A stretch of DNA of 38,618 bases from Deltaproteobacteria bacterium. Lineage in GTDB: Bacteria > Desulfobacterota > Syntrophia > Syntrophales > UBA2210. Where the stretch lies: positions 1-38,618 of the forward strand of contig JAUVXT010000001.1 of the NCBI GenBank assembly GCA_030603465.1, in the 5' to 3' direction. The first letter of the stretch is position 1; each line of letters begins with the position of its first letter. Positions 23,597 through 33,071 of this stretch are shown piece after piece. Below the pieces are notes generated by a model, which did no database searches, had not been told where the DNA came from, and worked only from the letters and a program-made list of their open reading frames with translations. Position numbers and translations under genes: made by a program.

Positions 23597-26317
23597 TTAT
23601 TTAGCCTTACTCTTCAGTCTCTGGATGAAATAAACTGACGTCAAGAATGCTAATCCAATTATATCGGAATACATTTCCGGATAAAGCAGGCATAAAGCGG
23701 CTATCCCCGTTATTATACGCTCCAGGGGATTCGATATGGTTTTGAAGAACCCTATCACAGTAGCGCCAAGCGCTATGACACCGAGGAAGAGGGTTACAAC
23801 GACACGCCCGAAGAAAATAAAGTCAAAGCTGGCGCTCGGGTCCAGGAGCGTCGGCAGCCATAGAATTATGGGTGCCGATACGATGACAAAAGGCACAATA
23901 AAGCCGGCCGAGGCCAGGCCGAAGGCGGTAACTCCTGTTCGAAAGGGATCAGCCCCCGAGATTCCCGACGCCGCATATGCGGCCAGCGCAACGGGTGGCG
24001 TCACGTCGGCGAGCACGGCATAGTATAGAACAAACATGTGAGAAACCAGGGGATGGATGCCCCACTGGAGAAGCGCCGGCGCCGCTATCATCGACGCGAT
24101 GATGTATTGCGCCGTCGTGGGAATGCCCATTCCGAGGATGAAACAGGCAACGGCCGTAAATAAAAGGGTAAAGAAGAGGGCTGTTGCGTCGCCGCTCATT
24201 ATGTGCAGGACATCGAGAGACATAACCAGGGTGGCGACACCCCGTGCCAGCTCGATAATCGCCGCCGCAAACTTGAGCCCCAGACCTGTGAGGGTGGTTG
24301 CGCCCACAATAAATCCGATACAGGCACAGGCGGCTCCGATGGCAAGGGCATTCTTCGTTCCAAGCTCCAGTGTCTCCATAATATCGGGAATTCTCATCTT
24401 GCTCTCCTCATAGAAAACACCGATTCCTATAATGGCCGCAAGAGACCAGAATGCGCAGAGGAAATAATCGACATTGAGAATATGCAAAAGCACAAGAACG
24501 ATACCCGAGCTTAGACAGATAAGCCAGTTTTTAAGATCTGTTTTCTTCCGCGTATAGGCAAATCCCAGGACAAAGAAAGCTATCCAGATAACCGTTCCGA
24601 TTGTGAAGGGACTGAATGGGTTGTACCGGAAAAGGATGGCGGGCGCCGCCAGGATAACCGTTATCAGGAAGGGCATGGTCCTGCCGTGGATCTGGCCGAT
24701 GGCAACAGAGAAGAAGATTCCCCAGAAGGCTGCCATGAAGGGGCTGCTTCCCGAGATGAGAAGCCAGACTATGATAACCAGAGGGGCGACAAGGGGCCAC
24801 TTTTCCTTCAGTATCTTCGCCGTCTTGGGCAACATCTCCCGGGGGAGGCCCACGAGGCCGCTCTTCTTTGCCTCGAAGTGGACCATCGTCGCGATGGCAA
24901 AGAAGTGGAGAACCGCCGGAACAACTGCGGCGGCGGCAATCTTGATGTAGGGAATTCCAAGGAATTCCGACATGATAAAGGCTGCGGCTCCCATTATGGG
25001 GGGCATCAGCTGTCCGCCCGTGGAGGCTGCGGCCTCGACGGCCCCGGCAAACTGTGGGCGATAGCCTACTTTCCTCATGAGCGGAATGGTGAAGGCCCCC
25101 GTTGTAACCGTGTTGGCAATGGAGCTCCCGCTTATGGAACCCATGAAACCGCTGCTTATGACGGAAACCTTGGCCGGCCCTCCGGCGGACCACCCGGCCA
25201 GCGCCATGGCAAGATCCATGAAGAGTTGTCCCAGGCCTGTCTTCGAGATAAAGATGCCGAACAGGACGAAATGAAAGACGAAGGTGGCGACGACCCCTAG
25301 GGGTATGCCGTAAATGCCCTCCGTTCCCAGAAACATGTGTTCGATGATCCGCTCTATGGAATAGCCCCTGTGGGCGAAGAAGCTGAGTCCCGGAATTTCC
25401 AGAAAGTAGGGTCCCAGATAGCAGTTTATCAAAACGAGGAAGGCTATGATGGGAAGCGGGGAACCGATGCTCCTCCTTGCCCCTTCCATTATAAGCAGGA
25501 AGGCGAAGGCGCCGATTACCAGGTCAACCTTGATAGGCATTCCTGCACGGTAAACGAGGCTGTTGAATTCCAGAAATATAAAGACCGAAAATGCCGATGC
25601 CAGGAGAACAAGAAAAATATCGAAGTAGGGAATATCATCGCTCTTGTAGTTGAAAGAACCTGTGGAGATTATTGCAGTAACAGCCCTTACCCAGTGGATA
25701 ATGAACAGCAAAAGTATGCTGAGGAACGTTGCAAAGAGGAAAATACTCCAGAATAGAAGCGACGTGTTGGGTGCATTGAAGACCTCCTTGAAGTCGATAG
25801 AGTGATAGGCCTGGAATACTCCAAAGAAGAAACCGCCAATCATCGCCGTGAATATGACGAAATCACAGTACATAAAGAGTTTCTTTTCCAGGAACTGGCG
25901 GCGTTTGAAATAGACAATGAATAAAAATGTGATAATTGCGAGAAAAAAAGAAGCTGCCGTTGAAAGTTCCAGGATTTCGCGAAACATGGCAGTAGCTAAA
26001 GAAGATCCGACCAAACCATAGATTATGTCATAGACAAGACACTTCCTGCCCTGGGTATCCGGTTTTCTGATGGAATAGAGAAAATATACGAGGGGAAGGA
26101 CAAAGGCCAGGTGAAAGGCTCTGTGCCTCCACTCCTGAAAGACGCCGAAACCTGCCGTATAGATATGAAATATGGAGAGCACCAGCGTCATAAAGAAGGC
26201 GAGCTTCATCGTGATCCCAGATAGAGTGCGGAATCTGAATTCGGGATCATACTTCGATATTTCTTCTATGTTTTCTGATACGTCTGCCGTATAGACTTCT
26301 TTATTTTCCTTCTCCAT
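23597..26317 (-). CDS. TRAP transporter fused 4TM/12TM permease (TAXI type)
   Basis: This is a 906-aa, very hydrophobic ORF. It follows the TAXI receptor and DUF1850 genes in the canonical order. Confidence 0.9.
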   Translation of the reverse strand: MEKENKEVYTADVSENIEEISKYDPEFRFRTLSGITMKLAFFMTLVLSIFHIYTAGFGVFQEWRHRAFHLAFVLPLVYFLYSIRKPDTQGRKCLVYDIIYGLVGSSLATAMFREILELSTAASFFLAIITFLFIVYFKRRQFLEKKLFMYCDFVIFTAMIGGFFFGVFQAYHSIDFKEVFNAPNTSLLFWSIFLFATFLSILLLFIIHWVRAVTAIISTGSFNYKSDDIPYFDIFLVLLASAFSVFIFLEFNSLVYRAGMPIKVDLVIGAFAFLLIMEGARRSIGSPLPIIAFLVLINCYLGPYFLEIPGLSFFAHRGYSIERIIEHMFLGTEGIYGIPLGVVATFVFHFVLFGIFISKTGLGQLFMDLAMALAGWSAGGPAKVSVISSGFMGSISGSSIANTVTTGAFTIPLMRKVGYRPQFAGAVEAAASTGGQLMPPIMGAAAFIMSEFLGIPYIKIAAAAVVPAVLHFFAIATMVHFEAKKSGLVGLPREMLPKTAKILKEKWPLVAPLVIIVWLLISGSSPFMAAFWGIFFSVAIGQIHGRTMPFLITVILAAPAILFRYNPFSPFTIGTVIWIAFFVLGFAYTRKKTDLKNWLICLSSGIVLVLLHILNVDYFLCAFWSLAAIIGIGVFYEESKMRIPDIMETLELGTKNALAIGAACACIGFIVGATTLTGLGLKFAAAIIELARGVATLVMSLDVLHIMSGDATALFFTLLFTAVACFILGMGIPTTAQYIIASMIAAPALLQWGIHPLVSHMFVLYYAVLADVTPPVALAAYAASGISGADPFRTGVTAFGLASAGFIVPFVIVSAPIILWLPTLLDPSASFDFIFFGRVVVTLFLGVIALGATVIGFFKTISNPLERIITGIAALCLLYPEMYSDIIGLAFLTSVYFIQRLKSKAK

Positions 26318-26329
26318 GCTAGCGCTCCT

Positions 26330-26842
26330 CTATTGTATGGAGTACATTATTCTGTAATAGAGATAATACCAAAGGCGTACCCGTTCTATCGTCATCCTTA
26401 AGAGTGTATTTCCTGCCAGAGAGGCAAGCTTGAATTCGCGGCCATCTCCGAATCTGATGGTGTTGTCGTATCTGGCGTCAACCCACTGGTTGACAGCGGG
26501 AATGACGCGGTGCATGTTCTCTATGATAAAGTGATCCCCCTCGGCACGAAATGTCTCGTCACCGAATGCGGCATAGGGAAGCCCCGTTCGGCTCGACCAA
26601 AACTCCGTGGCGTACGTGACCATATTATAGTCGTCATCTACCTTCAGGTAATCCCATACGGGGCAGCGCTCCACCGAATGCATAAAACCGAGGGAAAATC
26701 GGAAACCTGGCTTTACCCGTTCAAGGTAAAGAACCGTGTCTTCTCGCAGGGCCTTGATTTGAAAAACGTGAACAGGAACGAGTAACACAGATACAAGTAT
26801 AAGGAAGATGAGGAAAGTAGAGACGATGAGCTTTCTGCACAT
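26330..26842 (-). CDS. DUF1850 domain protein
   Basis: 170 aa with an N-terminal TM helix. It sits in the characteristic position between the TAXI receptor and the fused permease. Confidence 0.7.
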   Translation of the reverse strand: MCRKLIVSTFLIFLILVSVLLVPVHVFQIKALREDTVLYLERVKPGFRFSLGFMHSVERCPVWDYLKVDDDYNMVTYATEFWSSRTGLPYAAFGDETFRAEGDHFIIENMHRVIPAVNQWVDARYDNTIRFGDGREFKLASLAGNTLLRMTIERVRLWYYLYYRIMYSIQ

Positions 26843-26879
26843 AATAAAAATTGGGCGCCGGCAATAGCGGCGCCCAATT
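26843..26879 (-). terminator. intra-operon hairpin plus U-tract (partial terminator/attenuator after the receptor gene)
   Basis: The stem is a perfect 11 bp with a 9-nt loop (AATTGGGCGCC-N9-GGCGCCCAATT, 26849-26879). On the minus strand it is followed by TTTATT, directly abutting the DUF1850 ATG. Confidence 0.55.
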
Positions 26880-26914
26880 CTCCTTTCTCTAGATGCGAGT
26901 CAGGACAGCGCTTG

Positions 26915-27937
26915 TTATTTTATCAACCCTTTTTCCTTGTAGAACTTCGCGGCGCCCGGATGAAGCGGAATCGCCATGCCGTCGAGGGCTGAATCCAACG
27001 TTACGTCCTTGCCCTTGGCGTGTACCTTCCCCATGATCTCGGCAGCGCTGGGCGCCTCGGCAGCCTGTCCCTTCGATTTTCTCAGGACGTGTGTCCCCTT
27101 TTCCCAGAGGGCCGTGGTCAGTTCATAGACGACGCTTTCGGGTATCCCGGCATCGACTACCCACTGGGCCATGACGGCGACCGTGTTGACAGGCGCATCC
27201 TGTCCTCTGTAAGTGCCGGCGGGGATGGCGACCTTCGCATAGAAGGGCCATGTGTCGCATATCTTCTTGATAAGTTTGTCGTCAATGCTCAAAATGGCGA
27301 TGTCCGTCTGGGAAGTGAGTTCCATTACGGATGACGTGGGAATACCGGCGGTAATGAACCCGGCGTCGGCCTGGCCGTCTTTCATCCGCTGGGAGATCCC
27401 TGTAAAGCTGAGCCAGTCAAGTTCACCAAAATCCTTAAAGCTCATGCCGGCCGATTTCAGGATATTTTCCGCATCGACTGCCGTTCCGCTGCCTCTGTCA
27501 CCGGGAACGACGCTTCTACCTTTCAGCTCTTTAACGGCCTTGATGCCCGCGCTCTTCAGCGTGACTATCTGAATAACCTCGGGATAGAGAGAAGCGATAC
27601 CGCGCACATTCTTGACGGGATTTCCTTTAAACTGGTCAATACCCGTGTATGCCTGGAAAGCGGTATTGTTCTGCACGAATGCCGACTCTATACCGTGGCT
27701 GCGGATGAGGTTTAGATTTGCAGTCGAGGCATTTCCGGACTGTGCGGTTACGATCAAATCAGGAATCTTGGTTGACAGGGCCTGGGCGAGGGCTCCACCC
27801 AGGGGGTAATAGGTTCCGCCCGTTCCACCGGTAGCCACGGCAAAGAACTTCTTGCCCGCCAAGGCGGGACCGGCAAAAACCATCGATAAAGCCAAAACCG
27901 CTACAATGGAAAGCAAAACATGTTTCTTCTTTAACAT
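26915..27937 (-). CDS. TAXI-family TRAP transporter solute receptor
   Basis: It has a signal peptide and then the TAXI signature ATGGTGGTYYPLGGALAQ. Confidence 0.9.
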   Translation of the reverse strand: MLKKKHVLLSIVAVLALSMVFAGPALAGKKFFAVATGGTGGTYYPLGGALAQALSTKIPDLIVTAQSGNASTANLNLIRSHGIESAFVQNNTAFQAYTGIDQFKGNPVKNVRGIASLYPEVIQIVTLKSAGIKAVKELKGRSVVPGDRGSGTAVDAENILKSAGMSFKDFGELDWLSFTGISQRMKDGQADAGFITAGIPTSSVMELTSQTDIAILSIDDKLIKKICDTWPFYAKVAIPAGTYRGQDAPVNTVAVMAQWVVDAGIPESVVYELTTALWEKGTHVLRKSKGQAAEAPSAAEIMGKVHAKGKDVTLDSALDGMAIPLHPGAAKFYKEKGLIK

Positions 27938-28053
27938 AATCTTCCTCCTATCTGATTTTTTAAATCATATTTCCTTATCCTATCCTAAAGCAATACGTTG
28001 CTTGAACTTTAAAAAAAATGCGAACAATTGTCAATGTTTTTTATTATATCAGA

Positions 28054-28100
28054 TTCACAGCTCACGGTTGGCAGTTTTCCAAACTCGAACAGTGAACCGG
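28054..28100. repeat. short relative of the 20648-20902 element (ends only)
   Basis: TTCACAGCTCACGGTT...CAAACTCGAACAGTGAACCGG resembles the two termini of the 20.6-kb element (TTCAC..GGTTCACGGTT and CAAACTGTGAACCG). Confidence 0.35.
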
Positions 28101-28134
28101 AGCAGTTACTGATAAATAAAGAATTGTACCTTTC

Positions 28135-28218
28135 CTGAACTGAACAGTGAGCGAATAAAATCAATAATTTTCCTTAACCGTCGGAGATTCCCTGCAACTT
28201 GCTGCGGGGAGCTTCAAT
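28135..28218 (+). repeat. family A repeat lacking hairpin 1
   Basis: The sequence is CCTGAACTGAACAGTGAGCG-AATAAAATCAATAATTTTCCTTAACCGTCGGAGAT-[TCCCTGCA-ACTTGC-TGCGGGGA]-GCTTCAAT. Confidence 0.9.
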
Positions 28219-28302
28219 TTAACCCGGCACACAGGATTGATTAAAGTATCGCAAAAGGGTATAAAAGACATCAAAAAGCACGAAGGGTACAAGATGTGAG
28301 AT

Positions 28303-29241
28303 ATGAAACCGAGAATACTCTTTATGGGAACCCCCGCGTTTGCCATACCGTCTCTGAAAATTTTGATAGAGCATGATTACCCCGTTCTCGGGGTGGTTAC
28401 CCAGCCCGACAGACCCAGGGGGCGGGGAAGAAAACTGGTTGCTCCCCCTGTGAAGGATTATGCCGCCACAGCGAACATTCCCGTTTATCAACCCGATCGG
28501 GTGAGGGATGAAACATTTCTGGAAATATTCAGAGATATATCTCCCGCGATGGTGGTACTGGTTGCCTTCGGACAGATACTCCCCAGGGAAATAATTGAAT
28601 TTCCACCCCTGGGCTGTGTCAATGTCCACCCTTCGATGCTTCCAAAATACCGGGGCGCGGCGCCCATGAATTGGGCTATCATACGGGGGGAGGAAAAAAC
28701 GGGTGTCACCATCATGCGTATCGATGAGGGCATGGATTCGGGAGACATATTGCTTCAGGAGGAGACGGCAATTGATGCCGCCGAAACCTTCGACAAAATG
28801 CATGACAGATTATCGGAGATGGGCGCCCAACTTCTCCTGAGGGCCGTGAAAGGAATTGCCGCCGGAACAATCACCAGGACACCGCAGGATTCTTCCCTCG
28901 TTACCATGGCCCCAAAAATTACCCGGGAGACCAGCCGCATCGATTGGAAAGCACCTGCGAGAGAGATCGTAAATCTTATCAGAGGTCTCTCTTCCACCCC
29001 CGGAGCCTATGCCCTTTTTAAGGGGAAAAAACTGAAGATATTCGCCGCTTCGTGGAAAGAAAGTCTCACAACCGGGATACCCGGAGAGTTGTCCGCACTG
29101 AAAAAAGAGGAAAAGATCCGGGTCACGGCGAAAGATGGGTATGTGTATATCGAAGAGTTGCAGCTTGAAGGAAAAAAGAGGATGAAAGCCGGAGATTTTC
29201 TCAGGGGATATCGAGTATATCCGGAGGATCTTCTGGAGTAG
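28303..29241 (+). CDS. fmt: methionyl-tRNA formyltransferase
   Basis: It starts MKPRILFMGTPAFA and contains HPSMLPKYRGAAPMNWAI. It is colinear with Fmt over its full length. Confidence 0.95.
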   Translation: MKPRILFMGTPAFAIPSLKILIEHDYPVLGVVTQPDRPRGRGRKLVAPPVKDYAATANIPVYQPDRVRDETFLEIFRDISPAMVVLVAFGQILPREIIEFPPLGCVNVHPSMLPKYRGAAPMNWAIIRGEEKTGVTIMRIDEGMDSGDILLQEETAIDAAETFDKMHDRLSEMGAQLLLRAVKGIAAGTITRTPQDSSLVTMAPKITRETSRIDWKAPAREIVNLIRGLSSTPGAYALFKGKKLKIFAASWKESLTTGIPGELSALKKEEKIRVTAKDGYVYIEELQLEGKKRMKAGDFLRGYRVYPEDLLE

Positions 29242-29251
29242 AAGGTGGCCA

Positions 29252-30028
29252 ATGAAACACTCCAAAACTACATTTAATCGAAAACGAGCCGGGCTTTGCG
29301 TTATTTTTGCCACAACCCTCATTCTGACCCTCTGCGCAACCTCTGCAGGGGCGGAGGAAAAGAAGCTGTTCCTCGGCTTCAAGGAGGGCAAAGATTCGAA
29401 ATCGATTCCCGCAGGGTGGGAACATATCGGCTACTTTGGAAAGGCAAAAAACCGGATATCCCTTATCAGGGAAGGTAAGCTAACCATCGTCCATATGAAA
29501 AGCCTGAATAGCATATCTGCCCTGATTACAAGTCCGGATGTAGATATTGAGAAACTTCCGGTTATTGCATGGCGATGGAAGGTCGATAGGGCCGTTGGCA
29601 TGGTCAGGGAGCATCGACGGGACAGAAACGACTGTGCGGCGAGAATACGGGTCATCTTTGGCAAGGATAAAGAAAATGATCCCCTCAATCTCCCTGTAGT
29701 CAAAAAGGTCTTTAAAAAGGTGGGGTTCAAGATGCCCAAGATGGAGCCTCCGGGCATCAAGATCGATTATGTATGGGGGAATTACGCGAATAAAGGAGCG
29801 GTCATCGACTATCCCGGCGCACGAAACCATAAGATTGTGATGGTAGAAAAGGGGAACGAGCGGGCGGGAAGATGGATATGGGAAAAGCGGAACCTCCTGG
29901 AAGACTTCCGTAAATTTTTCGGAGGCGAGCCACCCGGCATCTTGGCGATTGCCATTCTTACCGATACCGATCAGACCAATGAAGGGGTAGAGGCACGCTA
30001 CAGTAGTGTCATGCTGATGGGTAAATGA
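29252..30028 (+). CDS. secreted DUF3047-like protein
   Basis: It has a signal peptide (LILTLCATSAGA) and the segments PVIAWRWKVDRAV and DCAARIRVIFG, which I associate with DUF3047. The RBS is AAGGTGG. Confidence 0.5.
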   Translation: MKHSKTTFNRKRAGLCVIFATTLILTLCATSAGAEEKKLFLGFKEGKDSKSIPAGWEHIGYFGKAKNRISLIREGKLTIVHMKSLNSISALITSPDVDIEKLPVIAWRWKVDRAVGMVREHRRDRNDCAARIRVIFGKDKENDPLNLPVVKKVFKKVGFKMPKMEPPGIKIDYVWGNYANKGAVIDYPGARNHKIVMVEKGNERAGRWIWEKRNLLEDFRKFFGGEPPGILAIAILTDTDQTNEGVEARYSSVMLMGK

Positions 30029-31452
30029 AGATGAAAATCATCCACAGAAAAAACCGGCGACCCCAACCCCCTCACCAGAGCGGAGAATCGCTCATGCGCG
30101 GGAATCCCCGGCAATTGGCTACAACAATTCTGGACAGGGTGGATAAGGAACAATCCTTCGCCGAACCGCTTCTGGACTCCCTCCTCTCACAAAACATACT
30201 CTCCAGCATCCAGGACAGAAGACTCCTGACGGAGATTGTGTACGGAACGCTCCGCGTGAGAAACCGTATAGACTGGTTTATTGAATCCATCTACACGGGC
30301 GATTCTAAAAAGATGGAAACGGGCATCAAAAATATACTCCGGGTCGGTCTCTATCAGATCATGTTTACCGACAGGATTCCCGCCTATGCCGCCGTCGATG
30401 AGGCTGTAAAGCTGGCCAGGAAGGCTTATCCGGGGCGGGACGGTCTGGTGAATGCCATCCTTCGAAATGCCATAAGAAAAATGGATACGGTAAAATATCC
30501 CGATTTTGAAGAAGATCCCGCAGCTCATATCTCTGCATTTCATTCCCACCCCGGATGGCTGGTGGATAAATGGATAGAGCAGCTTGGCATTGAGGAGACC
30601 GTCGAATTCTGTAAAAGCAACAACGAAAGACCCCCCCTGACCCTTCGTATAAACAGATTGAAGACAGAAAGGGCAGGCGCAATAAAGGCGCTTCATGAAG
30701 AAGGCTTCACTGCAAGACCGACGGAATATTCCCCCGACGGGATAATTATTTCCAATCCCGAAATACCGGTAAGAGAGATGCCCCTCTATAAAAAGGGATA
30801 TCTCCTTATCCAGGACGAGGCCTCCCAGCTTATCTCCTTTGTCCTTGATCCAAGGCCCGAAGACACAATCCTGGATGTCTGTTCCGGCGCGGGGATAAAG
30901 ACGACCCACATGGCCGGGTTGATGAAAAACAGCGGGAAGATAGTCGCCCTGGATATAAACCGGAGAAAGATTGAAGGGTTAAAGGAATTGTCACGGAGGT
31001 TTGGCGCAACGATTATTGAACCAAAAACCGGTGATGCAACGAAAGATATGGGACCTTCTTACAGGGAACAATTCGACAGGATTCTGGTGGATGTTCCCTG
31101 TTCCGCTCTGGGCACATTGAGAAGAAATCCGGAGATTAAATGGAACAAAACCGCGGGGGATATGGAAAAGTTTCCCCGGCTTCAAAAAAAGATACTTAAT
31201 CGCTGCGCAGATTACCTGAAGCGGGGCGGAATCATGTTATACAGTACATGCACCATAAAAGAGGATGAAAACGAGGAAGTAGTGAAGGATTTTCTCCGCG
31301 CCAATCCCGATTTTACATGCATTCATCCATCCGTTTCTAAAGCGTGGAAGATGACAGACGGGGAAGGGTTTTTCAGGACATTCCCCCACCGCCACGGAAC
31401 GGATGGGTTTTTCGGGGCGCTGTTACTGAAAAAGAAGGAAGGAGAACAATGA
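30025..31452 (+). CDS. rsmB: 16S rRNA (cytosine967-C5)-methyltransferase RsmB/Sun
   Basis: It has a NusB-like N-terminus, DVCSGAGIKTTHMA, DRILVDVPCSALGTLRRNPEIKW and YSTCT. The start shown overlaps the upstream stop (ATGA). An internal Met at 30094 is an alternative start. Confidence 0.9.
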   Translation: MKMKIIHRKNRRPQPPHQSGESLMRGNPRQLATTILDRVDKEQSFAEPLLDSLLSQNILSSIQDRRLLTEIVYGTLRVRNRIDWFIESIYTGDSKKMETGIKNILRVGLYQIMFTDRIPAYAAVDEAVKLARKAYPGRDGLVNAILRNAIRKMDTVKYPDFEEDPAAHISAFHSHPGWLVDKWIEQLGIEETVEFCKSNNERPPLTLRINRLKTERAGAIKALHEEGFTARPTEYSPDGIIISNPEIPVREMPLYKKGYLLIQDEASQLISFVLDPRPEDTILDVCSGAGIKTTHMAGLMKNSGKIVALDINRRKIEGLKELSRRFGATIIEPKTGDATKDMGPSYREQFDRILVDVPCSALGTLRRNPEIKWNKTAGDMEKFPRLQKKILNRCADYLKRGGIMLYSTCTIKEDENEEVVKDFLRANPDFTCIHPSVSKAWKMTDGEGFFRTFPHRHGTDGFFGALLLKKKEGEQ

Positions 31453-32033
31453 TGCCTGAAAAGATACCGACTCGCGAGGATGCCTTAAATCTTTTACATG
31501 AGTATAACAAAAGCGATAGTCTCCGCAAACACGCCTACGCGGTGGAAGGGGTTATGCGCTATATTGCGCGGAAAAAGGGGGAAGATGAGGAAAAATGGGG
31601 GATTATCGGCCTCATTCATGATCTCGATTACGAGAGGTTTCCAGATCAGCACTGCGCCAAAACGAGAGAAATACTCGAGGGACATGGCTGGCCCGCAGAA
31701 TATATTCGCGCGGTCGTTTCTTATGGATGGGGAATATGCTCCGATGTGGAACCCGAGAATACCCTGGGAAAGACCCTCTACGCCATCGACGAACTGACGG
31801 GGCTTGTGGTGGCCAACGCCCTCGTCAGGCCTTCAAGGAGCGTAATGGATATGACGGTTAAGTCGGTGAAGAAAAAATGGAAATCGCCTGCCTTTGCTGC
31901 CGGGGTGGACCGTTCTATCATACAGAAGGGGGCCGAGATGCTGGGAGTGGAACATGGCGAGCTTATTGAAGATACCATAATGGGGATGCGCGAGGTTGCA
32001 GATGAAATTGGTCTGAGGGGAGAAACGGCCTGA
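31449..32033 (+). CDS. HD-domain (HDIG-like) phosphohydrolase
   Basis: It reads MMPEKIPTREDALNLL...HAYAVEGVMRYIA...IGLIHDLDYE. The ATG overlaps the rsmB stop (ATGA). Confidence 0.8.
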   Translation: MMPEKIPTREDALNLLHEYNKSDSLRKHAYAVEGVMRYIARKKGEDEEKWGIIGLIHDLDYERFPDQHCAKTREILEGHGWPAEYIRAVVSYGWGICSDVEPENTLGKTLYAIDELTGLVVANALVRPSRSVMDMTVKSVKKKWKSPAFAAGVDRSIIQKGAEMLGVEHGELIEDTIMGMREVADEIGLRGETA

Positions 32034-32165
32034 TGATCCGATCAGGTGTTTTGGTTAGCAAAATCAGGGGATACGGTGATTGTCATAAATCAGTGTCAGG
32101 AATCATTGTTTTCCCGGAATGCTTGCATCAGTTCTAAAATGACTTTTACGAAAGAGGGGTTTTCT

Positions 32166-32795
32166 ATGTTTTTAAAGCAGTTACAGGTCGGTCATATGAT
32201 GGTATTTTCCTACATTATCGGAGACGAAGCGAGTGGTGAAGGTCTGGTTGTTGATCCCGCTTACGAGACGGATACGATCATTTCGGAAGCAAAAGAGAAT
32301 AACATAAAAATCAGATATATAGTCAATACCCATGGCCATATCGACCATACCGCTGGGAATGCCGATATGAAAGAAAAAACGGGGGCGGAAATTATTATAC
32401 ATGAAGCCGATGCGGGAATGCTGGGGACTTATTCCCTCATAAAGCTACAGATGTTTCAAGCAAGGCAGTCACCCCCGGCCGATATAACGATAAAGGATGG
32501 TGATTCCATTGCCGTCGGCGATGTAGCATTGAAAGTCCTTCATACCCCGGGGCATACACCTGGCGGAATGTCACTCCATTTTCCGGGACATGTAATCACC
32601 GGGGATAGCCTCTTTATTGGCGGTGTAGGAAGGACGGACCTTCCCGGCGGATCGTGGGATGTGCTGTGCAAGTCGATCAGGGAAAAACTGATGACCCTTC
32701 CCGATGATACGGTTGTTCTTCCGGGGCACAACTATGGAGGAACACCAACTTCAACAATTGGTAATGAAAAGAGATATAACCCGCATCTGAAATAG
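32166..32795 (+). CDS. MBL-fold hydrolase (glyoxalase II-like)
   Basis: It reads MFLKQLQVGHMMVFSYIIGDE with NTHGHIDHTAGN, TPGHTPG and LPGHNYG. The RBS GAGGGG lies upstream of the ATG at 32166. Confidence 0.85.
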   Translation: MFLKQLQVGHMMVFSYIIGDEASGEGLVVDPAYETDTIISEAKENNIKIRYIVNTHGHIDHTAGNADMKEKTGAEIIIHEADAGMLGTYSLIKLQMFQARQSPPADITIKDGDSIAVGDVALKVLHTPGHTPGGMSLHFPGHVITGDSLFIGGVGRTDLPGGSWDVLCKSIREKLMTLPDDTVVLPGHNYGGTPTSTIGNEKRYNPHLK

Positions 32796-32830
32796 AGTAT
32801 TTCACTAAATGATTCCTTTTATGGGAGGCG

Positions 32831-32948
32831 TGAACTGAACGGCGAGTGCTAACCCCCGTTGCTTGCGGCGGGGTTAGCGAGCGAATAAAATCAACAATTT
32901 TCCTTACCAGTCGGAGATTCCCCGCAACTTGCTGCGGGGAGCTTCAAT
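32831..32948 (+). repeat. family A repeat, full copy
   Basis: The sequence is GTGAACTGAACGGCGAGTGCT-[AACCCC..GGGGTT]-AGCGAGCGAATAAAATCAACAATTTTCCTTACCAGTCGGAGAT-[TCCCCGCA-ACTTGC-TGCGGGGA]-GCTTCAAT. Confidence 0.9.
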
Positions 32949-32987
32949 ACTTCTCCTTATTTTATGGATGGTTATTCCTTCAGGAGC

Positions 32988-33016
32988 TTGACACGACCAC
33001 AAAGGGTTATTATGTT
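32988..33016 (+). promoter_or_regulatory. sigma70-like promoter TTGACA-N17-TATGTT upstream of dnaJ
   Basis: TTGACA is at 32988-32993 and TATGTT at 33011-33016, 55 nt upstream of the dnaJ ATG. I see no CIRCE element. Confidence 0.4.
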
Positions 33017-33071
33017 ACTTCAAATAGCTCCCCACTGATGACTATCAATGAACAGGAATATGTAAGGACTT

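Noticed and set aside
23736-25756. Many long ORFs lie on both strands inside the TRAP permease gene (for example 24531-25193 minus, 24686-25300 plus and 25337-25756 plus).
   Set aside because: They overlap a 906-aa ORF with clear transporter character. Their translations are Arg/Gly/Pro-rich low-complexity sequence, typical of off-frame reading. None has an RBS.
28219-29391. Long antisense ORFs lie opposite fmt (28219-28803 and 28810-29391).
   Set aside because: The fmt gene is unambiguous on the plus strand. The antisense ORFs have no recognisable motifs and no start context.
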